A stretch of 62,689 bases of DNA, counting the filler, from Sphacelaria rigidula (taxonomy: Eukaryota), in the NCBI GenBank assembly GCA_964200075.2. It is 11 parts of 11 records of this genome, joined end to end, with 100 filler letters (N's around TTAATTAATTAA, not from the genome) between each part and the next. Parts side by side here need not be neighbours in the genome. Positions count along the whole stretch, not along the records: positions 1 to 5,609 come from CAXNAA020025899.1; positions 5,710 to 11,317 come from CAXNAA020025900.1; positions 11,418 to 17,025 come from CAXNAA020025901.1; 8 more parts are not named here. One strand, 5' to 3'. The notes under the pieces were generated by a model. That model did not search any database. It saw nothing but the letters and a program-made list of their open reading frames with translations, and had not been told where the DNA came from. Below are positions 1-11,500 of the stretch, one piece after another (position 1 is the stretch's first letter; each line of letters starts with the position of its first letter). Made by a program: the position numbers and the translations under genes.

Positions 1-353
1 GCGGCGTGTGGGAGTGGGGGGGGTATCCGCGTAATCTATGGTGTACACTATTTCGAATAGTCACGCATTGGTGCGCCCGGGATTTTTTCCAATAAGAATT
101 TAGACGCTTCGGCGAGAAACGTGGATTATGACGAACATCACGCTTCATGAGCCAAGGTTTGCGTACACGGTGCATATATCAGTGGACGACACGGCATCGC
201 CTAGACAACTCGAGCGAAGGCGAGGAGGTTGAGGTGTGTTTTGTACGTAGGTTACGCAACAGTGCTCCAAGTTTGGCTGAAAGTGTCAACGTGCGTGACG
301 AGATGGGAAGAGATTTGTCCGCACACGAGTTGCTCATCAATTCCCGTCTCAAC

Positions 354-840
354 GATGAACGCAGCGAAAATTGTGAAACTGCTATTTCGGGTGAGGGACC
401 TGGACCTGCCAGAAAGAAGAAATAGATATACCAGTCGTCGAAAGGAGGAGGAAGTACATGCACATGATGTGCCCCTGTGGTGGAGCAATAGAGAGCAGAC
501 GTCATATAGTTGCAGAATGTGAACTATACAAGGAGGAACGGGACGTGCTAGAGGGGGAAATGCGAGACGTGAAGGAAGGCCGCATGAAATCGTTTGATGC
601 ATTAGACAGTAGCGAGAAAACGATGGCTATACTAGGAGATAAAAGGTGGCCACAGACAGCTAACCAGGACGGAGATAAGATACGTGAACGGTTTTTATGT
701 AATGTATGGAAAAGACATCATGAGCGCCGGAATGTTGGAGGTGTCTCGGGTAGGAGTAGGAACGCTGATCCGTCTCGAAAGGGACGCGTGGTCAATGGTC
801 ACACGACTATGGCAAGCAACAAATGAGTACCCCCCCCCCC
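354..840 (+). mobile_element. 5'-truncated LINE, ORF2 C-terminus with CCHC knuckle, poly(C) tail
   Basis: ORF 458-826 contains CPCGGAIESRRHIVAEC and ends ASNK*, followed by GTA and C11. Degenerate TSD CCCGTCTCAAC (343-353) vs CCCTGTCTCAAAC (838-850). Homologous to about 9480-10300 and 22260-22485. Confidence 0.9.
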
Positions 841-2400
841 TGTCTCAAACCGCCTTGTGCTTCTGTGAGGGTATATTGCATCCGCGCTAAGACATGGTCC
901 GACGCATATATAGTGGGTTTCCGAGCTGTAGGAATGCTATGATCTCCACTGCGAAATGATTTAGGGGGATTTCATGGAGCTAGCCACTGAAACGTCTTGC
1001 TTGAAGTCGGAAAACGTTGAAATTTGGGCGATTTGCGCTTGAAACACGGTACATGAATGTTTTGATACTGTTCATTTCAGTACCGTGCTGCCCGTCCTGC
1101 GCATGTTATCTGTTCATGGCGGTCAGTGTGAAGCTCTCTGATACTCTGAACTGCACTGCACTATGCTGTATCGCGCTGTACCGTGCTGTTCCCCTGTAGT
1201 GAACGGCAGCTTGTATACCACTTCGTTCCTTCCACTAAGTTCGCAACATGCAGATCCTGAGGATAAGCAGAAGACGGTAATGATACAAAATGCTGCTGCC
1301 TACTACGGATAACGCGCGGCGTGCGCGAATCTTGCTCAACGAACGATGGGAACATCGTGCTCAAGGCGCGTAAGATTCACGGCGCGTCATACCGCCGGCG
1401 GCGCACAGGATACCAAGTTGATATCGCGTCCGCCACCTGGGTTGGGTGAACGTTTGAAAGAAAACATTGAAGATAGCGCCACCGTCGGGGTTGTCGGCTT
1501 GATCCGCGGCAACGTGCGATCCAATAAGTTGAAGAAAAAAAAAACTTTCAGGGTTGGTTGGTTGGTGAACGCTTCATGGAAAAAAATATGTTCCGAGATG
1601 ACCGAAACACAACAAGCACACCTGATCTTTGGGGTATCCGGCGCCACCCACGCCCTTCCCGGCTTCCCTTGCTTCGGGGTAATACCCCGGCTTCTCTTGG
1701 TAGTTATCTCTGTCGTATGACGTCATGTTTCCAATGGCCTGTGATGACATCGTTTCGAGGAGGGCATATCGGAAGATGCGCATAAACGGAGAAGATGGCG
1801 CAGTATGGGTTTTGAGCATGAACTCAGAGGCGATTGCAGTCCTGGTATCGTCGTGCGATTTGGCCGCTGTGGAGCACGACACCGTGTGATTATACCGCGA
1901 GATTCACCGCTGGGTAGTTGTTAACAGAGCGGTTTGTCATGTCCTTGTAAAAAATAGAGAATACGGGGGAAAAGGGGGAAAGGGGGAAAGGGGAAAAAAA
2001 AACTGTTTTCCCGCCTGATAAAACGAGGATTATCTGCTCCCTTCGGAACAGCCCTGAAAAGATTATTCAAGCACATCGCCACAACACTCTCCTACAAAGT
2101 TGGGTAGAGCAATATATTTTGTAAATGGAGTACTCAGAGATATCCCCCGTTATTATATGCTGGCCGCCGTGTTGTTATACGCTCTCGGCTGCAGCGATCG
2201 AAACAAGGGCACGCGTTTGCATGTGCAGCTGGGGTGTGACTCTCTGAGTGTGATGTTGCGAGGCTTTCCGCAGGGCAGTCGAGAGGTGTTTTGCCGAGGC
2301 TCTGGTGCTGCCAACGCAGCTTGTCACAAGCCCGGCCGACCGTCACAAGCAGTATTACTATACTCTAGTTTATTCATATGACCCAACTAATCACAGGAGA

Positions 2401-2495
2401 GGGGGGGGGGCGTACTCATTCGTTGCTTGCCTTAGTCGTTTGATCATTGACCACCCATCCCTTCCGAGATGGAGCACCATTCCTAGTCCCGATAG
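2401..2495 (-). mobile_element. Short 3'-end copy of the poly(C)-tailed LINE
   Basis: Reverse complement reads ...GGTCAATGATCAAACGACTAAGGCAAGCAACGAATGAGTACG(C)10, matching the 3' end at about 750-840. Confidence 0.9.
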
Positions 2496-4994
2496 GGTAG
2501 GGGGAAACACAAACATGACAACAGACGCACCAACGCATCCTGCGGTGCGGTCATAGGCACGGCATTAATTTCATAGAGCGAATAATAGTTTCGAGTAATT
2601 CTACTGCGTTATATACTACATTTTTATTGTACAAACTCAATGAGTAACGACTCCATTCATTCAGTGCCACGCACCGACGAACCCGGGAGGTATTTCTATC
2701 CAAAAACTGCTTGAGAGTGCATGTTGCGTAGGTTTAGATTCGACCTAAGGAGTGATGTCAACGTGGGCCGCATCAGCGATGGCCTGACATTGGGACATAC
2801 GAAAATACGCAAGACGAAACATAGTATAAAGTCTCTCTATTTGTTCCGGGCGGAGCCTCATTATGTAGACAACTGGGAGACCTAAGGCACGGAGGTGGAA
2901 GCAATTGATTCAACAAGCTGAGGAGCTGGCGGTTTGAGCCACATCTCGCCTGAAGCAGCCACTTCGAAGCATCCAGACAAGCAGCAAACATGGTTTCAAC
3001 GCTCTGAGTAGCAACATAGCACACTGAAAAAGTTCGGACCGACCACTTCTCTAAGATACTTCTTTAAGGGAAATTCGTTTTGAAACCCCACATTATTAGT
3101 CTATGAAAAACTCCAGGGGTTTGTACACCCGAGGCCATCATCCAGCCTGCACGCAGACGGTGGTAGTGGTCATCATTTGCATTTTGTGCTTGTGGAATAC
3201 GTCATCTTGTCCAGGTACAGAATAAATGGGATGGCAGCACAACACACGCAGTAGCTACTGGTATAATAGGGGTCGAAACGACAGGCGTATCAACCCCTAC
3301 TTCACCCGACCGCCGCTTGGTACAGAAGTAATGTCGCAACAGCTGAGCGTTGCAGTGTGCAGCAGTACGGTTTGTGCCATACCGCACACAAGAAACTCAC
3401 GTGACAGTCAGCAGTGCGGTAGCAACAGTGCCGATACACAGAATGCTACAGAGGTCACAATCGGTGGCGGGCATGAGTATGAGACGATACGAGCAGGTTC
3501 TGTACACACAGTAGTAGCTATGCTGCTGCCACGGTTCTGTACACACAGTAGTAGGTACAACATGCCCAGCTATTTTGCACTGACTGTACTATTAACACAC
3601 ATGTATGCGAGTAGTGTGTGATGGAGCGCCACTTCTCAAAGGGTTTGATCTCACGGAAAACTGATCGCTTTTCTAGGTCAGATTGGCAGAGTGTCGCGGA
3701 CGGAAACAATCTTGCAGTTTTCAGAGAGTTTTTCCGTGAAAAATGGCCCTGTACGACCAACTCTACTGGGAGCCGTTCAGATTTCATTTTCCATCATTTT
3801 GAACGGGTGGTGACAAAAATGACCGTTATGGAACAAAATCGTCAAGATTTACACCCCAAAAAGTCTGAACAAACAAAAAAAATGCTAAATTCTGGTCGAG
3901 CGCTCAGAATTGGGGAACGATTGAAAACGCTTGAGGTGATGTTTAGAATTCATCACAATAAGTAAATTATCACAATAAGTAAAATGGGATATGTCATGCT
4001 TTTTTGTACTACAGCACACACAGACTGGCTCTCTAATGTGCTACACTTGTCACTGCACGATCGTGTATTTTTGACCTTGCTAAAACTGTCTGGTATCTGC
4101 TGAAATTACCTGAGCTGTTGTACTGCTATTGTGTTAGGAACAACTGCTATCGGCAGGCAAGTGCTGCCTCGTCGAAGTTGCAAATGCTCCACCGTATGTG
4201 TTGGAAGTTGTATCTTTCGCAACGAAAAAGGTCCTTGGTGTGCAGAGCCAGCATTCCTGTCTTGTATCTGACAGGTAGTGTGGTGCCCTGCAAAGACGGT
4301 TTGATCTGCGCTGAGGATTGACTGAACCGCAGACTGTTGTTGTGTCCCGGTCAGTATACGAGTCTAGACACTGCCGAAAGCGTCACCATCATGGTGTGTT
4401 GGATGCGCTGTGTCGTTTGTAATACCAACAGTAAAATTTCTGCCCACGTCCGTCATTTCCATGCTGTAGTTGTCAGTGTACTTGCTGTAGTGCGTTTGAA
4501 TCCTACGAAAACGATTTGATCGAAGCTGGAGATTGCCTGAGATGCTGAACCGCCGCTGGTCCGGTCTGTACAGATGGGTGGGAACACAACGCTGTTGACA
4601 CAGAGTTGACAAGGTCACACTATGGCTCTTCAGCCTTCATGCCTTCTCTGGGTGCTGTTGTACAGGTGCACAACTCCTAGGTCACGCCAACTTTAATTTG
4701 CAACTCCAACTTTAACTTTATGCCATAATAGCGTGTGTTTTGGTACCCGTTCAAAAATCGTGGCAGAAGGAAAAGGCGTTCGAAATTTTGAAGCGGCTTC
4801 CATTAGAGTTGGCCTAAGGTTGCCTCCTAAAAAGTTTAAGGAAACTGATCAAAACGACCGTTTTCAGTGACTTTTTCAATCTTCAAGAAGCGGCCGTACA
4901 CCACGTGACGTTGTTTCACCCACACATAAGCCCATAACGAGTACGAGCTGGGCCGGCCTGGACGCGAATTTGTGGTTTGCAGACCCCGCCTCCA

Positions 4995-5221
4995 CTCAAT
5001 TTTGGGAGTTGGACTTTCAAATTTCGAGAAAATAGGGCATGCTGAAAAAAGTGTCGAAGCAGCACATTGAGTTTTATTTTTCCACGGATTAGTGGCAATG
5101 ATCAGTACCTAGTTAACACCGTCAACTCTCGATAATAAAAAAAGCAATGTGTCGCTTGATACTTCTTCAGCATGCCTCATTCTTCTTTACAAAATTTGAA
5201 AGTCCAACTCCCAAAATTGAG
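4995..5221. mobile_element. MITE-like inverted-repeat element
   Basis: 30-bp perfect inverted repeat CTCAATTTTGGGAGTTGGACTTTCAAATTT (4995-5024 vs 5192-5221), extending imperfectly inward. No clear TSD. Confidence 0.55.
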
Positions 5222-5609
5222 GGGAGACAGGACGATTTAGAAACCAGGCTGGGCGAAATTCGGAACAACATATTTCCAGGTCATTTACTGCCAGTTTGAA
5301 TCTTTGTATGGGACCTCATTAGGCCATGATAAGCCAAGAAAATGAAAAAGATTGATATATAGTATATATATAGAATATTTCGAACTCACGAGCGTCAAGC
5401 ATACTTTGTAACGAGGCGTCCACGAGACGCAATGCTGATTTTAGTGTGCAAGTTCCTCCGCACCCGCCCCGGGAGATGACTGTTCGGGCCAATGCCAATG
5501 ATGCTATGGGCCCGGTTAGGAGATTCGTGCTTTACTTTGTGCGGGGGTACAAATGCGTTCGTGACCGTTCGAACGGACGCGCGATCGCGGTGGTCCTGCA
5601 ACGTTTTCG

Positions 5610-5709
5610 NNNNNNNNNNNNNNNNNNNNNNNNNNNNNNNNNNNNNNNNNNNNTTAATTAATTAANNNNNNNNNNNNNNNNNNNNNNNNNNNNNNNNNNN
5701 NNNNNNNNN
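5610..5709. other. Artificial contig linker (Ns around TTAATTAATTAA). Same linker at 11318-11417, 17026-17125, 22734-22833, 28442-28541, 34150-34249, 39858-39957, 45566-45665, 51274-51373, 56982-57081
   Basis: Ten identical 100-bp spacers with stops in all six frames, every 5,708 bp. The contigs between them are 5,608 bp. Confidence 0.99.
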
Positions 5710-6144
5710 GTAGTCGGGCTGCTGTTTTGTCTGGTGTATTTTATTGATCAAAGCTTAGGCCTGTTTCGGTTTGTTTTACAAATGTGTGCTATAACTGAGC
5801 TGTAGATGAAGCTCGGATACAATCAACTGCTGGATAAAAGTGCTATTCTGGTCTGTATTATTTGCTCGTTGTCTCCTTTGTGAAACGACTGGGATCAGTC
5901 TGCGTTGCTGAACTGAGTGACCAAACAACGTACGCAGAGGTCTGAACCTGGAACAATCTCGGAGTGAACACCATTATAACCCCCACAAGGTGCCTTCTCC
6001 CCTTTCACATCACACTTGCTCGAGGATTCTCGGTATTCCTCCGTTAGGGTGATAGTTGGCGCGCGAGGGTGAGGGCTAGGGTATGAACGTCGTGCAAAAT
6101 CATAAATTTTCGAGGAAGTTCTTCAACCCACCAAGTGTTACTAA

Positions 6145-6764
6145 CCCTTAGACAGCGACCCCCCCGCATGTGGACTGATTTGGGCTGTGCCCCATTTATT
6201 TGGGGTTAAGAACAACTAACTGCTCTTTTCTTGCTGTACAAACAAGACGCCTTTTTTTCATCAACATGTGGATATTGGTCATCTATCTGTATGGAAAATA
6301 GTCCCGGAGAACCCCTGACCAGTTTTGACCGTGAAGTCAATTACGTGCAGAGTCGGTGTGTATGTGTGCTGTATGTCTTCACTGGATACACCGGCAAAAT
6401 ATACAGTATAATAAGTGTGCAGTCGCAATTGACTGAACACAAATTTCTGCATGCTGGTGGTGCCTCTGCCTAGTGCTCAACAACACCACTACAGACAGTG
6501 TGAAGGTATGCTGGCAGCACATGAGGGGTGAGGCAGGCGGCGTAGACCACGAGCAGAATACAAAACAAGGTATTTGTACCCATGCAATCTTTGCTTGATT
6601 CCCCATGATCAAAATGAGTCGTGGGGTTAGATAGCGAATTAGTCCAACTTAGTCCACCCGAACCGTAACAAGAGTGCTCATTTTGACGGCCGTGATTGGT
6701 CAGAATGGGCATCCCGCACCTCTCGGACCTCGTGCACGGCTCATAATTTTCCGCGGGTCCCCGC

Positions 6765-6805
<41 letters not shown>

Positions 6806-7528
6806 AACACTGGAAACCCCCGGATGTCTGAGGACTGTCAGCCTGTAAAACTGTTCTGAGGCGACGCTCGCTGTCGAAGTGTTGAACTGACGTCCTGCCA
6901 GGCGGGTACCAGGTAGACACATTCGCGGTCTAATATACCCTCATGACTCATTTTGAGCATGCCGAATCAACCATAGATTATATAATCAAGAAGTAGGTGT
7001 TCGGGCATCTTCGGTACACTGTGGCTGTCTGTTCAGTACTGAGCATCGCACTAGCTCCTCACCTCCATCTGGTATCAAACGTCATGGCGCAACACGCGAG
7101 CGGTGGCCACGAGTACCCGACGCACGTAGATGTAGACAAGTACTTCGACGGTGAGGCGACCGCCATCGCCGAGCAATCAACCGCTCCACGGTAGTCAGGC
7201 GTGTTCGCTGCGGTAGTCATGGTGCGATATCCAAACGCATGCGTACACTCGGTACGTCCAACACTGTAAGATCCAGTACGCTGCTGACCGCACGTGCAGC
7301 CGCGACACGATACACTACAGACTGCACAGCAAAAATATGAGGCGTAATAATCAGGTGGTCGACAACCAAACCACCATCTGTGTTATGACGCAACTACGTG
7401 CCTCTTATGCACTCCCGGTCCCTTCCGCCGTAGAGTAGGCGTCTTGAGTTGTGACAAAGGAATGATTCTGAACCCAAAAGGTGTAGTGTCTACCTCAGTC
7501 TACCAGCGGGGGGGTCGCTGTCTAAGGG
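6145..7528. mobile_element. Non-autonomous piggyBac-like DNA transposon
   Basis: 23-bp TIRs CCCTTAGACAGCGACCCCCCCGC / GCGGGGGGGTCGCTGTCTAAGGG flanked by CTAA and TTAA. CCC termini with a TTAA target are piggyBac hallmarks. No transposase ORF. Confidence 0.8.
6595..6970. mobile_element. Possible MITE nested in the piggyBac-like element, with an internal poly(C) run
   Basis: Imperfect inverted ends TTGATTCCCCATGATCAAAATGAGTCGTGGGG / CCCTCATGACTCATTTTGAGCATGCCGAATCAA. Confidence 0.45.
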
Positions 7529-8084
7529 TTAAGGATGATGATAACCCAGAAATTTATGTCTTCGTACCCACACCAATACCTTCCAGAAAATATGGCTACT
7601 GTACGTTCCTTTACCTACTGGTAGATATGACTGCTTACACGTACATTTTTTTATCCCGAAAACCGCAATTTTGGGGTTCTGGGTGAAAAAACAGTTCTGG
7701 GGGTTTTAGGCCGTCAAAAAAATGGATTCTGATAGCCAAAGTTTTGGGGTCCTACGGGGAAAACATTTCTGGGGATTTTCCGAGATACAAAATTTGGATT
7801 TTGCTAATCGAAGTTTCGGGGTCTCATATTACAACAATTCTGTGAGTTTAGGTGATCCGACCCAAAATTTGGTTACAGTATCGGAATCCAGATTTGTAAG
7901 GCGTGTAATTGTTGTCAATAGTTACCAGTAGATGAACGAATGCATCCATGTATATTTCGAAGGAATGGCGATGTGGATATAAACATTTTAACACTTCGGA
8001 TCATCATCCTCAGTGAAAAGCTCCATCCTCAACTAGTTTTGAAAATCGGTTGTCCATGGCTGGATACGCTATTAGACCTATTTA

Positions 8085-10301
8085 GAGAGTGGTAACGATG
8101 CTAGAGGGAGGAAAAATCAGCGAGGGGCAAGCAGGCATCAGACCAAACCGAGGTAGACCATGTGTACACATAGGTACGTAAGACTATTCAAGGTAGAAAA
8201 AACGCCGGGCTGACAACGGAGTGACACAGCATGGAGAAATGGGCAGTGGAAAAAGTTGTGGGAAACTAGGATCAGAGGAGGGGAAGTGATATATATGGAC
8301 AACAGTGCAGAAGATGACAGGATGTGCGGAAAGTGCGATGATGCAAGACGAGGTAAAAACAATATCGAAATGTTTTTTATATTTTGCAAGGAGTTTCACA
8401 AGAATATGAGTTGGTATCACCCGCTCATTCAAAGTATTTATCGACAATGATCTGATAGTAATGGAAGCAGCAAAGCAAGGAGTCGAGGTAGGAGGAGAAG
8501 ATACGGCATCGGGATTGATGTTTGAGGACGATTTGGTGGGGGTATCTGAAACCCCAGAAGGATTGCAAAACCAAATAGATAAGACGCTAGAATGCACGAG
8601 GAAATGAAGAGTGATGGCGAACGTGAACAAATGCGCGATACTTATACGTGACGAAGATAGGAAGGACCCGGCGGATACCAAATGGAAGTGGAGAGAAGAG
8701 GAAATGCCGAATCGTAGACCAGTAGGTATACATAGCTTTGGCGTAGAGATTTAGAAAAACTGTTCTTAGGATGCACACATATATAGAGTAATACTACAGT
8801 AGAAAAGGGTAAGGCACAGATAGGCAGGATGGACGTGATTGTAAGAGGTTCGCGCCTAGATACTAGGATCAAGATATATATTCATGTCGATGTGATTGTA
8901 CCATAGCTGGAATTTCGCGCGAATAGTATGGGAGGGAAACGCGAAGTTGGTGAAAAGGCTGGAAACAGTACAGATGACAGCAGCGAATATAATATCTGGA
9001 TGCTCAAAAACGATGAGCAATACAGCATTGAAAGCGGATTTTGGGTTGCACCCACTTACTGTAACACAAATGGAGACGCGAGAAAACTGAAATGACATTA
9101 CAGAGTAAGGATCATTCAGAGAAAGAGATTGCCAGCCATCGTTGATCGGGCCGTATATATTGTACCCACTTTAAACAGACAGAGACATGAGAATACTGAA
9201 ATTTCAAACAGCATATAGAACAAGAACATGATGGAGAGAACGGAGTTGTCAGCCATAGGTGATACGACCGTATGGAAGACAGTGACGAAAGGGCAGGCTG
9301 GAATCAGGTGGGATGGCGTAGTCGAGAAAGTATGGACGGACATGTCAGAGAACAAAGACGAGATAATGTCCATAGATAGGTGAATGTGGCGGGTACAAGA
9401 CCAAAGTAGTGAGAGAGATAGCATCTGATGATATACGGGGGTTGATCGAGGGGATGGAGATGAAAACATATCTGCATGGTGGCCCAATGGACGCGGCGGA
9501 AAATTGAAACTGCTATTTCGAGTGGGAGACCTGGCCCTGCCAGAAAGAAGGAAGCGATATACCAGTAGTCGAGAGGAGGAGGAGGGAGTAGATGCACAGA
9601 ATTCCCTGTGGCGAAGCAATAGAGAATTGAACTCATATTGTGGCAGAATGTGAACTACATGAGGAGGAGCGGGACGTGTTGGAGGGGGGAATGTGGAAAG
9701 AAAACGGAGGCGGTATGAAATATTTGGCACATTTATTTGACAGTAGCGAGAAAACGATCGCTATACGAGGATATAGATGGCGGCCACAGACGGAAAATGA
9801 GGATGGGGATGAGGTATGTAAAAGTTCTTCGTGTATTTTTTGTTTTCTTGTCCCACTTTGAACCCCTCCTCTTCCTCGGGATGAGTCCGTGGGCTGAAGG
9901 GATCATTCCATCTCTCCCCCGGTGCACGCCTTGCATTCTGGTCTCGCGGGTTGGGTCAGCACTCCCGCACCGCGTCAACTCACGTCGAACAAACTCAGTC
10001 GACTACTTTGTTTATACTCACGTTCTCACGCTTTCCACCGTGGAAATCAGATGTCACGAAAAAAATAACCAAGGCATCGGGAATCAAACCCTCGTTCTCT
10101 CAATCCTAATGACGACAGTCGGACCATTGCACCACCGGGACGCGGCGGCATATATGTGGAAGAAATGTACTGAGCGCCGAAATGTTGGTGGTGTCTCTGT
10201 CAGGAGTAGAAATGGTGCTCCGTCTCGCAAGGGATACGTGGTCGATAATCAAACGATTAAAGCAAGTAACAAATGAGTGCCCCCCCCCCCCCCACCCCCC
10301 C
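8085..10301 (+). mobile_element. Degenerate LINE: RT domain, C-terminal CCHC region and poly(C) tail, interrupted by a SINE
   Basis: Frameshifted RT motifs ISEGQAGIRPNRG, ILQGVSQ and SGLMFEDDLVGVSETPEGLQ (F[A]DD-type catalytic motif, about 8510-8570). Ends ASNK* at 10276, then GTG and a C-run. Confidence 0.9.
9836..10148 (-). mobile_element. tRNA-derived SINE, family A, inserted in the LINE
   Basis: Minus-strand head TCCCGGTGGTGCAATGG (A box) ... GGTTTGATTCCC (B box) and A-rich tail. The body matches 37410-37778 and 28893-28970. LINE homology resumes on both sides. Confidence 0.8.
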
Positions 10302-11244
10302 TATCGTAAGATCACTCACTGCGTTATTTCGAAAAAGCATGAAGTCGGAATTGATATTTCGCCTGAACTGATCGAGAAATCTGCTCTGACATTTTTTGGA
10401 GAAATCAGTAACTGCTCGGAAACGTGGGAGATTTTTCGGAGAGGAGGGAAATAGACCAGTTAACAATACCCCTGTAGAGCGGTCTAGTGTTCCTAGTCAA
10501 GTAAAAACGTGTTTTTGCTGTCGAAAATAGGCACGCTGGACACACAAATGTGTACCGAAACGAGTGTGGGAGCCAGTCTAGTTTAGTAGTTTTGTGCGGA
10601 GTGAACACTTGTATGACATATCAACCGAGTCTACAAAGAGATGGCGGTAAACGCCTTTCAACTCCATGGCACTAGCCCAACCAGGCGAGCCTCCATTTCA
10701 GTTGCGATGAGTACCCTCGAGAAGAAACGAAGACTGAGGCTTTTCTGTACTCGTGGAGCCATGAGCGGCTAGCAAGGCACATTCGAAAGATTGATTAGGC
10801 AACGTCCGACCCTCCCACACCTCCATCGGAGGAAGCAAAATGATCAAGAAGCACAAGACGGCTTCGAAGCGCAGGGGCACGAACGACTTCTGCGCGTTGT
10901 CGAACGCTCGAACGAAGACGGGCAAACTACGAAGCACAAGCCGCTTTGACGCGCAAGCAAAATGACGGTACAACAGGGTGCACAGCTTCCACTTGGAGAA
11001 TACCTGACAAAATCAACGAAAGCTCTTCACATGCCACCAAGGCTCGTTGGGCAAAGTCGAAGACAGTAGGGGAACTAGCAAATAGGAGACTCGACAGAGT
11101 CCAGCGCCAGCCACATGAGCCAGAAGGTGGGGCAACAAAAGCTCCGCAGTCGCACGTGAAGGGGCTCTAGATAGGGTTCGCTCTGGTCCGCTGCAGGTGA
11201 TTGTGTAATGGATGTAGTCAAAGATTATCCTGAGCGATGAAGTC

Positions 11245-11317
11245 GGGGGGGACGGGAAGGGGGCGTACTCATTTGTTGCTTGCCTTAGTCGTGTGACCAG
11301 TGACCACGCATCCCTTT
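11245..11317 (-). mobile_element. 3' end of the poly(C)-tailed LINE at a contig end
   Basis: GGGGGCGTACTCATTTGTTGCTTGCCTTAGTCG...ACCACGCATCCCTT on the + strand. Confidence 0.9.
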
Positions 11318-11417
11318 NNNNNNNNNNNNNNNNNNNNNNNNNNNNNNNNNNNNNNNNNNNNTTAATTAATTAANNNNNNNNNNNNNNNNNNNNNNNNNNN
11401 NNNNNNNNNNNNNNNNN

Positions 11418-11500
11418 AGAAAGAAGAAAGAGATACAGCAGTCGTCGTGTGGAGGAGGAAGTAGATAGACAGAACTGTCTTTGTGGCGAAGGAGTACTAT
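11418..11500 (+). mobile_element. Internal fragment of the same LINE family
   Basis: AGAAAGAAGAAAGAGATACAGCAGTCGTCGTGTGGAGGAGGAAGTAGAT matches about 411-460 and 9542-9600. Confidence 0.75.
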
